Shown in pieces: positions 21,459 to 29,907 of a stretch of 64,000 nucleotides of DNA. The first letter of the stretch is position 1. Each line of letters opens with the position of its first letter. Origin of the DNA: Ignavibacteriota bacterium (GTDB taxonomy: Bacteria; Bacteroidota; Ignavibacteria; Tepidaquicellales; OLB5); NCBI GenBank assembly GCA_963742955.1, contig CAVUOA010000011.1, positions 3-64,002 of the forward strand, written 5' to 3'. The notes below the pieces were generated by a model. The model did no database searches, was not told where the DNA came from, and was given only the letters and a program-made list of their open reading frames with translations. The position numbers were made by a program, and so were the translations under genes.

Positions 21459-22775
21459 TTGAGTTACTCCCGATTTTACAACGAGATGCCGGACGGCACA
21501 ACCAAACAACTGAACCCGTTTACAGGTACTGAGGTTTGGTCAGTTCCCGGAAGAGGCAATAAACCCATTACAAATGAAATTCCTAAAACTGCTAAAAAAA
21601 TTGAATTGCATAAACCGGAGGATTACTGCAGCTTTTGTGAAGCAAATTACTTTGAAACTCCTCCTGAAAAACAGCGTCTCGTTATTGAAAACAACGAATA
21701 TAAAAGGCTTGATTACATTACCGCAGAAGAATACTATAACACAAAAGCTGAATTCCGCCGGGTACCGAATTTGTTTGAAATAGTTACATTGGATTACTGG
21801 AGAAAAAATTACGATTTTAAGATTCACAAAGAGAAGCTGGAATGGAAAGAGAAATATCTTTCAACACCAATGGGACTTGAGCATATAATTAATATTGTAA
21901 ACACAAAGCTAAAGCTATCGGGTAAAACTCAGGGTGAAATAGATAAAATTAGTGTTGATGAAAAAATAAGTTATGCAGACAGCTTTTTTGGCGGAGGTCA
22001 TGAGCTTATAATTTCAAAACACCATTTCAAAGAAAATGCCGGGTGGGATGCAGACCTGCATTCATCGGGTGAGATGACACCTGAAGAACATTTCAGGTAT
22101 CTTGATTTTACTATTGATGCCAAAGAAAATATCCATCTCAGCAACCGTTATGTAAGATACGTAAGCGTTTTCCAGAACTGGCTGAGGCCTGCAGGCGCAT
22201 CGTTCGACCATCTTCACAAACAGCTGGTTGCGCTGGATGAATGGGGCAATACAATTGCAGACCAGACTGAAATGATCAGAAAAGACCCTAATGTATTTAA
22301 TGCATTCGGTGCAAACCTGGCAGGAATGCTGAACCTTATAATCGCGGAAAATGATTATGCAATCGCGTACGCCGGTATCGGTCACCGTTACCCCACAATA
22401 GAGATATTTTCCAAATCAAAAAATTCACGCCCATCAATGCATTCCGATGAAGAAGTCAGAGGCGTGAGTGATCTCCTCCATGCGTGCCATGCCGCAACGG
22501 GAAACCAGACATCATGCAATGAAGAATGGTATTATACCCCGATTGATTCTATTTATAAAATGCCGTGGCATATACTGATAAAATGGAGAATAAACGTTCC
22601 GGCAGGATTTGAAGGCGGGACGAATATTTATATTAATCCTGTTTCACCGCTCGACCTGCGTGATAAGGTTGTACCCAGATTATATAAATTAAGAGATGAA
22701 AGAAAAATTGCAGCTATAGACATTGCTGAAGAATGCAGGATTGTTCCGAATCCGTTAAAATATTATATGACATAA
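21459..22775 (+). CDS. GalT-like HIT-superfamily nucleotidyltransferase/phosphorylase homologue (DUF4921-like)
   Basis: Intact 438-aa ORF with a TTG start. N-terminal CSFCEANY (CxxC), HELIISKHH, and the HxHxQ catalytic-type motif FDHLHKQLV. Confidence 0.6.
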   Translation: MSYSRFYNEMPDGTTKQLNPFTGTEVWSVPGRGNKPITNEIPKTAKKIELHKPEDYCSFCEANYFETPPEKQRLVIENNEYKRLDYITAEEYYNTKAEFRRVPNLFEIVTLDYWRKNYDFKIHKEKLEWKEKYLSTPMGLEHIINIVNTKLKLSGKTQGEIDKISVDEKISYADSFFGGGHELIISKHHFKENAGWDADLHSSGEMTPEEHFRYLDFTIDAKENIHLSNRYVRYVSVFQNWLRPAGASFDHLHKQLVALDEWGNTIADQTEMIRKDPNVFNAFGANLAGMLNLIIAENDYAIAYAGIGHRYPTIEIFSKSKNSRPSMHSDEEVRGVSDLLHACHAATGNQTSCNEEWYYTPIDSIYKMPWHILIKWRINVPAGFEGGTNIYINPVSPLDLRDKVVPRLYKLRDERKIAAIDIAEECRIVPNPLKYYMT

Positions 22776-24728
22776 ATGCTTTCAGTTGCTAACATATCAA
22801 TACAATTCGGCGCAAAAAAACTATTCGACGATGTTTCTTTTATAGTTAATCCAAGAGATAGAATCGGACTGGTAGGCTCTAACGGCACGGGAAAATCTAC
22901 GCTGTTAAAAATAATTAACGGACTTATTGAACCTGATAGCGGTACAATAGCGCGTTCAAAACACACAACTATCGATTACCTGCCTCAGGACGGCATCTTC
23001 TATACAGGTAAAACATTGTATGACGAAGTTTATTCGGGAATTTCCGGCATCTCAGAAGTAAAAAATGAAATCGATGAGATAAACGAAGATATGCGTGAAA
23101 TCGAAGATAAAAATTCACCCGAATATCTTGACCTGGTTGAACAACTGGGGGAGCTGCAGCACAGGTTTGAGGAGCTTGAGGGATTTAAGATTAAATCAGT
23201 TATTGAAAAAGTGTTAATGGGACTTGGCTTCAATACTTCTGATTTTGGCAGGGATACAGATGAATTTTCCGGCGGCTGGCAAATGAGAATCTGCCTTGCC
23301 AAGCTGCTGATTAAAAATCCCTCGGTTTTATTGCTTGATGAACCTACAAACCACCTTGACCTGGATTCATTGCTCTGGCTAGAAGGTTTTTTAAGAACAT
23401 ATGAAGGCGCTGTAATTATCGTTTCACATGACAGAACTTTTCTGGATAATATGACATCGAAAACAATTGAGATTTATACAGGAAATGTAACTATTTATTC
23501 CGGTAATTATGCGTTTTACCTGAAAGAAAAAGTATCCAGACAAGAACTTCTTGAAAAAAGATTCCTCAATCAGCAGAAATACCTGAAACAGCAGGAACGT
23601 TTTATAGAGCGCTTCAGATATAAGAAAAACAAGGCGTCTGTAGTTCAAAGCAGAATTAAAATGCTTGAGAAGCTGGAAATCATTGAGCTTGAAGACGAAG
23701 AATCGGCAATTCATTTTCATTTCCCGCCGGCAACACACTCGGGCAGAAAAATTATTGAGCTTAAGAATTTATCAAAAAGCTACGGTAATAACCTTGTTTT
23801 AAAAAACATAGAACTTGAAATTGAACGCGGCGAGAAAATAGGTTTTGTTGGAGCCAACGGCGCCGGGAAATCGACTTTAGCAAGGATTATCATCGGTAAA
23901 GAAGATTTCCAGGAAGGAACGCGTAAATTAGGTTACCAGGTTGAGCTGGAATATTATTCACAGCACCAGGCTGATTCATTGGAACCGAACCATAATGTAC
24001 TTGAAACACTGGACGAAGTTGCAACAGGCGATATCAGGAAACAACTCAGAACAATTCTTGGAAGTTTCCTTTTTAAAGGTGATGATGTATTTAAGAGTGT
24101 TTCGGTTCTATCAGGCGGAGAAAAATCACGCCTTGCGCTTGCAAGAATGCTGCTCAAATCATCTAACTTTCTTGTGCTTGATGAGCCTACAAACCATCTT
24201 GACATGAATTCGAAAGAAGTGCTGATGAATTCACTCCGGGAATATAAAGGCACAATACTGCTGATTTCGCATGACAGGGAATTCTTAGACGGCATTTGCA
24301 CCAAAATTATTGAAGTGGGCAATAAAAACATTAAGACCTATGCAGGGAACTGTTCATATTACCTGATGAAAAAACGTGAAGAAGAAAATGGGAATTCATC
24401 TGCGAAAACTTCCTTAAAAGATGAGCAGGATTCAAAAAGCAAAAAAGCATTGAAAAGGACTGAGGCGGAAGCTAGAAATAAAATCTATAAAATAGCAAAG
24501 CCGTATAGAGATTCTATAATTAAAATTGAAAATGAAATTAAAGCAAAAGAAAACAGGTTAAAAGAAATTGAAGAAGAAATGCAGTCCGAATCATATTACA
24601 AAAACTCTGAAAATGTTATTAAGGTAAACAAAGAATTCAGCGAAATTAAAAATAGATTAAACGAGTTATACCATGACTGGTTTAGAAACAGTGATAAATT
24701 AAAGGAAATTGAATCAGAAAAAACATAA
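22776..24728 (+). CDS. ABC-F family ATPase (tandem ABC domains, no TM domain; Uup/YbiT-like)
   Basis: Intact 650-aa ORF. Two Walker A motifs (GSNGTGKST, GANGAGKST), two signatures (FSGGWQMR, LSGGEKSR), two Walker B motifs (LLLDEPTNHLD, LVLDEPTNHLD) and a C-terminal coiled-coil tail. Confidence 0.95.
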   Translation: MLSVANISIQFGAKKLFDDVSFIVNPRDRIGLVGSNGTGKSTLLKIINGLIEPDSGTIARSKHTTIDYLPQDGIFYTGKTLYDEVYSGISGISEVKNEIDEINEDMREIEDKNSPEYLDLVEQLGELQHRFEELEGFKIKSVIEKVLMGLGFNTSDFGRDTDEFSGGWQMRICLAKLLIKNPSVLLLDEPTNHLDLDSLLWLEGFLRTYEGAVIIVSHDRTFLDNMTSKTIEIYTGNVTIYSGNYAFYLKEKVSRQELLEKRFLNQQKYLKQQERFIERFRYKKNKASVVQSRIKMLEKLEIIELEDEESAIHFHFPPATHSGRKIIELKNLSKSYGNNLVLKNIELEIERGEKIGFVGANGAGKSTLARIIIGKEDFQEGTRKLGYQVELEYYSQHQADSLEPNHNVLETLDEVATGDIRKQLRTILGSFLFKGDDVFKSVSVLSGGEKSRLALARMLLKSSNFLVLDEPTNHLDMNSKEVLMNSLREYKGTILLISHDREFLDGICTKIIEVGNKNIKTYAGNCSYYLMKKREEENGNSSAKTSLKDEQDSKSKKALKRTEAEARNKIYKIAKPYRDSIIKIENEIKAKENRLKEIEEEMQSESYYKNSENVIKVNKEFSEIKNRLNELYHDWFRNSDKLKEIESEKT

Positions 24729-24749
24729 TTATAATTATATTAGCAGTTA

Positions 24750-25604
24750 ATGAAAATCGGGGAATATACATTACATTCAGTTCAAACAGGATTGTTCCGT
24801 CTTGACGGAGGAGCTATGTTCGGTATTGTACCGAAATCTCTTTGGTCAAAAACCAATCCTTCAGATGATAAAAACAGAATAGATATGTGCATGCGGGCGC
24901 TGCTGCTGGTTTCGGATAAAAAGAAAATTCTTATCGATAACGGCGTAGGCTATAAAATGAGCCAAAAGCTCAATGAAATTTACGGAGTCGACCACTCGGA
25001 ATTTACTCTGGAAAAATCATTAGGTAGTGTTGGTTTCCAAAATGAAGATATAACCGATGTTATCCTCACCCATCTTCATTTTGACCATGCAGGAGGCTCA
25101 ACATATCTTGATGAAGAAAATAATTTAAAGCTTACTTTTCCATATGCAACACACTATTTACAGAAAAAACACTGGGAATGGGCTAATAATCCCACAGATA
25201 GGGACAAAGCCAGCTTCTTTCCCGAAAATTTTGAACTGCTGAATAAAGCCAAACACCTGAATTTTATTGACGGCGATTATAAATTTGATGATTTCATTAA
25301 GTTACATGTAATAAACGGGCATACTCCGTCACAGCAAATTGTTACGATTAAAGATGATAATAACACGCTATTATTTACAGCTGATTTATTTCCAATGGCA
25401 ACGCATATAAATCCTCCGTACATAATGGGGTATGACTTATACCCGCTTACCACTCTTGAAGAGAAGAAAAAGTTTTTACCTAAAATAACAAGCGAAAACT
25501 GGCTCCTGTTTTTTGAACATGACCCGTTCACAGAAACTGCAAGAGCTGAAAAAACTGAGAAAGGTTACCGGATAACCGATATTAAGGAGTTATCTAAAAG
25601 GTAG
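24750..25604 (+). CDS. MBL-fold metallo-hydrolase
   Basis: Intact 284-aa ORF with the THLHFDHAGG zinc-binding motif. Confidence 0.85.
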   Translation: MKIGEYTLHSVQTGLFRLDGGAMFGIVPKSLWSKTNPSDDKNRIDMCMRALLLVSDKKKILIDNGVGYKMSQKLNEIYGVDHSEFTLEKSLGSVGFQNEDITDVILTHLHFDHAGGSTYLDEENNLKLTFPYATHYLQKKHWEWANNPTDRDKASFFPENFELLNKAKHLNFIDGDYKFDDFIKLHVINGHTPSQQIVTIKDDNNTLLFTADLFPMATHINPPYIMGYDLYPLTTLEEKKKFLPKITSENWLLFFEHDPFTETARAEKTEKGYRITDIKELSKR

Positions 25605-25957
25605 TGGCGGAATTTGTAAAAATATGCAGACTCTCGGAGCTTCCAAATAAAAGAGGCAGGAAGTTTATGATTGACGAAGAAACAGAGATTGCTGTTTTCA
25701 AAATCGGTGAAAAAGTCTACGCAGCTGAAAACACCTGCCCGCATAACCATTCGCATGTTATGGATGAAGGATTTGTAGACGATAAGCTTTATCTTGCCTG
25801 CCCAATTCATGGGTGGCAGTTTCATCTTGAAACCGGCGATGTCCCGCCGAATGACGAAGGGTTTTCCGGCAAGCTCAATATATTTAAAGTTAAAGTCGAA
25901 AACGGTGAAGTATACATTGAGAAGAAAAAGAAAAAATTTAAACTGTTTGATTGGTAA
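25604..25957 (+). CDS. Small Rieske [2Fe-2S] protein (NirD-like)
   Basis: Intact 117-aa ORF. The GTG start overlaps the MBL stop by 1 nt. Cluster ligands CPHNHSH ... CPIHGWQF. Confidence 0.8.
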   Translation: MAEFVKICRLSELPNKRGRKFMIDEETEIAVFKIGEKVYAAENTCPHNHSHVMDEGFVDDKLYLACPIHGWQFHLETGDVPPNDEGFSGKLNIFKVKVENGEVYIEKKKKKFKLFDW

Positions 25958-26104
25958 GTTCCTCAATCATTTTTTTATCCCGCCCTGTTTTCGTGCAACA
26001 ATAATTCAAATCTCAATGTTATTTATTATAAGCACCTAAATCCCTCAAAAACTTGAAATTGCATTAATTATTAAATATATTTATAAAACTAACTATAACC
26101 AGTT

Positions 26105-26647
26105 ATGAAATATTTAATTTTTATTTTAGCATGCTCATCTTTCCTTAGTTTCAATTTAAGGGCAGAGGGTAATGAAAATTCAAATACTGATAAGATTCAA
26201 AAAACTTTTTCTAAGGCGGAAATAAAAAAGCTTGCTGATGTGTATGTGCACAATAACCTGCACATTGAAAATCCCGCGATTGTTGATGTTGACCATGACG
26301 GGAAGTTTGACCTGCTTAAATTCAATGACGGTAATGTGGAGTATTACAGAAACATCGGCACACTTGAAAAACCGGAGTTTGTGCTGGAAAACAAGCACTA
26401 CGATACTTATAAAGAAGCATCATTTCTTAAAACAGGAATGCCAATGCCGATATTCTTTGCTGATAAAGACGGTGACGGTGACCTTGACCTTTTTGCGGTA
26501 AGAGAATCAGGTTTTAATACATTAACTCAACAAAACGAATATACCGTCTATGCTGCTGATAATGCTCTTGACCTGGATACAGGCACACTTATAACGATAA
26601 TATTGGTTCTGGTGATTGTTCTGCTTCTTCTGGCAATATTAAGGTAA
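26105..26647 (+). CDS. Secreted FG-GAP/VCBS-repeat protein with a C-terminal TM anchor
   Basis: Signal peptide MKYLIFILACSSFLSFNLRA. DVDHDGKFDLL and DKDGDGDLDLF calcium-binding-type repeats. C-terminal LITIILVLVIVLLLLAIL. Confidence 0.65.
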   Translation: MKYLIFILACSSFLSFNLRAEGNENSNTDKIQKTFSKAEIKKLADVYVHNNLHIENPAIVDVDHDGKFDLLKFNDGNVEYYRNIGTLEKPEFVLENKHYDTYKEASFLKTGMPMPIFFADKDGDGDLDLFAVRESGFNTLTQQNEYTVYAADNALDLDTGTLITIILVLVIVLLLLAILR

Positions 26648-26670
26648 GATAACAACCAGTAAAAATTTTA

Positions 26671-26719
26671 AACCTGACAGGTTTTTTCCGCCCATGCGGA
26701 CTGTCAGGTTTTATTTTTT
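26671..26719 (+). terminator. Rho-independent terminator after the FG-GAP gene
   Basis: ACCTGACAG-(20 nt)-CTGTCAGGT, followed by TTTATTTTTT. Confidence 0.6.
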
Positions 26720-26726
26720 ACATACC

Positions 26727-26816
26727 GTAGCCCGAAGTATTTAAGATGGGTTAAAGCCCAACCTAAAGGTTTCGGCTACATTTAACTGTTAATCGGATCC
26801 CCGCTTTCGCGGGGAT
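26727..26816. repeat. Two further GC-rich hairpins (repeat family)
   Basis: GTAGCCCGAA...TTCGGCTAC (26727-26779) and ATCCCCGC-TTTC-GCGGGGAT (26797-26816). Confidence 0.55.
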
Positions 26817-26828
26817 GACAATATCTAC

Positions 26829-28289
26829 CTACACCTTAAACGGCCATTCTTTTCTTTTAAATGAGCGGATGAAATACAGGATTAATCCCAATACAATTAA
26901 TACCGCCGCATAACGGACTTCCTTCAAAAAATTATTTCTTGAAATCAGCACGTATACAAACCCGATAAACGAAATAACCGCCGGAATAGGATAAAGCCAC
27001 ATCTTAAACGGTCTTTTGATATCCGGTCTTCTGATTCTGAAAACAATTACTCCCACTGTTTGCGCAAGGAACTGGATTATTATTCTAATAACAACAAGTG
27101 CTGCAATAATATCTTTTAGTTTCAAAAAGCAAAACGCTGATGCGGTTGCACCCATTAACACTAATGAGACGTACGGGAATTTATGCTTCGGATGTATTTT
27201 TGAAAATATATGGAAATAATCGCCTTCAACTGCCGCCGCATACGGCACCCGCGAGTAACCAAGCAGTAAGCTGAATACCGATGCAAATGCTGTCCATACA
27301 ATAAGTATGGTAACAAGATTTCCCGCCCATGAACCATATATAGTCTGCATGAATACGGATACGATGTATTTGCTTGCATCTGTCCCGGCTTTATCGCTTA
27401 TCGTTTGCCACGGCAGAACGCCAAGAATGCTGACGTTCATTATCATATACAGGATTGCAACGAGTATTATAGAATAAATTATCGCTCTCGGAATATTCCT
27501 GCCGGGATTTTTTACTTCACCGCCAAAGAAACAAACATTGTAATATCCCCAATAATCGTAAATTGCAATCAGCATTGCTGAGCCGAGCCCGAGAAAAAAT
27601 CCAGATGTAAAATCAAATGCGTGAGGCGGAAAATTGAATGCAAGTGATGGATTAAAATGTGTTACACCGGAAATTATTATCCATAGCACGGTTAATATTA
27701 CACCAAGCCAAAGGAATTGGGACAGCTTGCTGATAATTGTAATCCTTCTGTAAAGCAGAACAACTGCAATTAATAAAATAAATATTGCAAGAAATGTTCC
27801 GTTATTCGCAGCGAGATTTGCTTCAAGCGGTCCGATTAACGGTAAAGGCAAGCTAAGGTCATATGAAAAATATGTATGCCCGAGAGACGGGAAAATGTAA
27901 CTGGAATATAATGACAAACCCACAACACCCGAAGCAATCGAAAGCGGCGCGCTGAAAGTAAGCTGAAATATAAAAAGAAAGCTGGCGAGCTTTCCCAATT
28001 TTTCTTTACCGTAAATTTCTTTTAAATACTGGTATGAACCCCCGGCTTTCGGCATAGCAGCCCCTAGCTCCGCCCATACCAGCCCGTCACTCATTGCAAT
28101 TAATGCACCGGCAACCCATCCAATCATCGCCTGCGGCCCGCCCATTGCAGCAATAATCAGTGGTATGGTTATAAACGGACCCACACCAATCATATCAATC
28201 ATATTCAGCGCTGTTGCGCTGGGAAGGCTGACACCGCGGATTAAGTCAGATTGCTGTTCAGAGTTTACGTTCTGATTCACTTCCGTCAA
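26829..28289 (-). CDS. APC-superfamily amino acid/polyamine permease
   Basis: Intact 486-aa ORF of 12-TM type, with an APC-like N-terminal region (MIDMIGVGPFITIPLIIAAMGGPQAMIGWVAGALIAM). Confidence 0.85.
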   Translation of the reverse strand: MTEVNQNVNSEQQSDLIRGVSLPSATALNMIDMIGVGPFITIPLIIAAMGGPQAMIGWVAGALIAMSDGLVWAELGAAMPKAGGSYQYLKEIYGKEKLGKLASFLFIFQLTFSAPLSIASGVVGLSLYSSYIFPSLGHTYFSYDLSLPLPLIGPLEANLAANNGTFLAIFILLIAVVLLYRRITIISKLSQFLWLGVILTVLWIIISGVTHFNPSLAFNFPPHAFDFTSGFFLGLGSAMLIAIYDYWGYYNVCFFGGEVKNPGRNIPRAIIYSIILVAILYMIMNVSILGVLPWQTISDKAGTDASKYIVSVFMQTIYGSWAGNLVTILIVWTAFASVFSLLLGYSRVPYAAAVEGDYFHIFSKIHPKHKFPYVSLVLMGATASAFCFLKLKDIIAALVVIRIIIQFLAQTVGVIVFRIRRPDIKRPFKMWLYPIPAVISFIGFVYVLISRNNFLKEVRYAAVLIVLGLILYFIRSFKRKEWPFKV

Positions 28290-29890
28290 TTATATTTTCC
28301 TTTTATTTCTCTTCTCGGTTCGGAAACCATGTTCAAAAATAACTTAAGTCCTCCCCTGTTAAATATTTTCAACTGCCTGTATAAAGCAAGAGAACAATAT
28401 GTATATGTGCCCGTACCGTATTCTGCCCAAAGCAATGATGTTGAGGGGACGGGGTCATTTTCATCACTCATTGCAAGCAGGCGTTTATATTTTGATGATG
28501 TTAATGCCGTATCACCTGAAGGGAGGTAAATGTTTCTTTCCTGTACCCAGCCGTTCCAGTCACCAGGTTCAATTTTATTGGGTCTGTTAAACAGCCAATC
28601 CTCCGGCTCAAGAACAGTAACAGGTGCATCTTCTTCCGTAACACGTTCTGTTGTAACATATATAGGATAGGGTGAATAATTATTGCCGTTCCAGTCAGAT
28701 GGTTTCTGATAAAAACAAATGACATTTCCTCCGGCATTAATAAAATCAAGAATTCTTACATTATAATCCTCAAGGTCATGCCTGTACAAATAAGCGCGGA
28801 TATCAAGAATAATTACGCTGTATTTATTAAGGTTTTCAGACATGAGCATTTGTGAGCTCAATGTGTCATATTTTACACCGAATGCTTTTAATGTATTTTC
28901 AACTGTATTGTCATAAGATTTAACAAGCCCAATATCAGCATCTTTTGATACTTTCAAACTGTGAAGAATCTCTAAACTATCGGACGGATTTAAGAAAAAA
29001 TAAGAATATTTAGTAGGAAATGATTTTAAATCACCAATTAATGTTGAAGAAGTATGAGATTGAATCCCCGAAAACAAATCGTTTTTGTCATATGGATAAT
29101 CTTTATCACTTCTCACAAGAACATAATTCCTGTTACCGAAAGCCCAGGGCGCGTCTTTGGAAGTAAGCTTATCCATGCCCTGTGTTCTGTGCTGAGAGAG
29201 AGCCTCAAATGCGATTTCAGCAATTGTTTTACCATCCGGCGCTTTTTGATTAACATCTATTGTCACTATATCGTCAGTTTTGGTTGAATCAAATACCCGG
29301 AAAAATAATTTCTTGATTTGCCAAGGTTCAACGCCGTTAACCAGCTGTTCGGGATGGTAATTAGGGTCAGCTGCTTTGTCGAATGCTTCATATATAGTTA
29401 TTCCCACCGCCTGGTGATTGCCGTGCTGGCGGAAAGGCTTCGTTGTAATAGTATCATGGTTGGTAATTACAACATCGGGTCTAATCATTCTAATCATATA
29501 AACAATTCTTTTAAGCACACTATCCTTTCCACCCCAGAACCTGAAAGTTTCTTTTGCAGTTTTAGAAAATCCAAAATCCAGAAATCCCAAAAAGTACGGA
29601 GTTGAACCCTGAATTTTAGCAGCATTAATGCATTCCTGTTCTCTTATTTTGCCAAGCTCATCATAAAGCTCCGGACCGATTTCATTTTGTCCGCCTTCTC
29701 CCCTCGTGTAAAACACTGTGTAAGCATTATATCCCTTCAATAAGGAATAATACGCCAGTGTTGCGCCGTCTTTATCATCAGGATGAGCAGCAACACAAAG
29801 GAGTGTAAGATTTTGATTTTGAGCAAATAGAACTGCTGGAAATAAAAGAAGAGAGAAAACTGCAAATCTTGTGAATATTTTTCGTAGCAT
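28286..29890 (-). CDS. Secreted PIG-L/LmbE-family deacetylase with a large C-terminal extension
   Basis: Intact 534-aa ORF. Signal peptide. AHPDDKDGATLAYY (AHPDD motif), HGNHQA. 4-nt overlap with the downstream permease. Confidence 0.8.
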   Translation of the reverse strand: MLRKIFTRFAVFSLLLFPAVLFAQNQNLTLLCVAAHPDDKDGATLAYYSLLKGYNAYTVFYTRGEGGQNEIGPELYDELGKIREQECINAAKIQGSTPYFLGFLDFGFSKTAKETFRFWGGKDSVLKRIVYMIRMIRPDVVITNHDTITTKPFRQHGNHQAVGITIYEAFDKAADPNYHPEQLVNGVEPWQIKKLFFRVFDSTKTDDIVTIDVNQKAPDGKTIAEIAFEALSQHRTQGMDKLTSKDAPWAFGNRNYVLVRSDKDYPYDKNDLFSGIQSHTSSTLIGDLKSFPTKYSYFFLNPSDSLEILHSLKVSKDADIGLVKSYDNTVENTLKAFGVKYDTLSSQMLMSENLNKYSVIILDIRAYLYRHDLEDYNVRILDFINAGGNVICFYQKPSDWNGNNYSPYPIYVTTERVTEEDAPVTVLEPEDWLFNRPNKIEPGDWNGWVQERNIYLPSGDTALTSSKYKRLLAMSDENDPVPSTSLLWAEYGTGTYTYCSLALYRQLKIFNRGGLKLFLNMVSEPRREIKGKYN

Positions 29891-29907
29891 TTTCTTTTTT
29901 AAATAAC

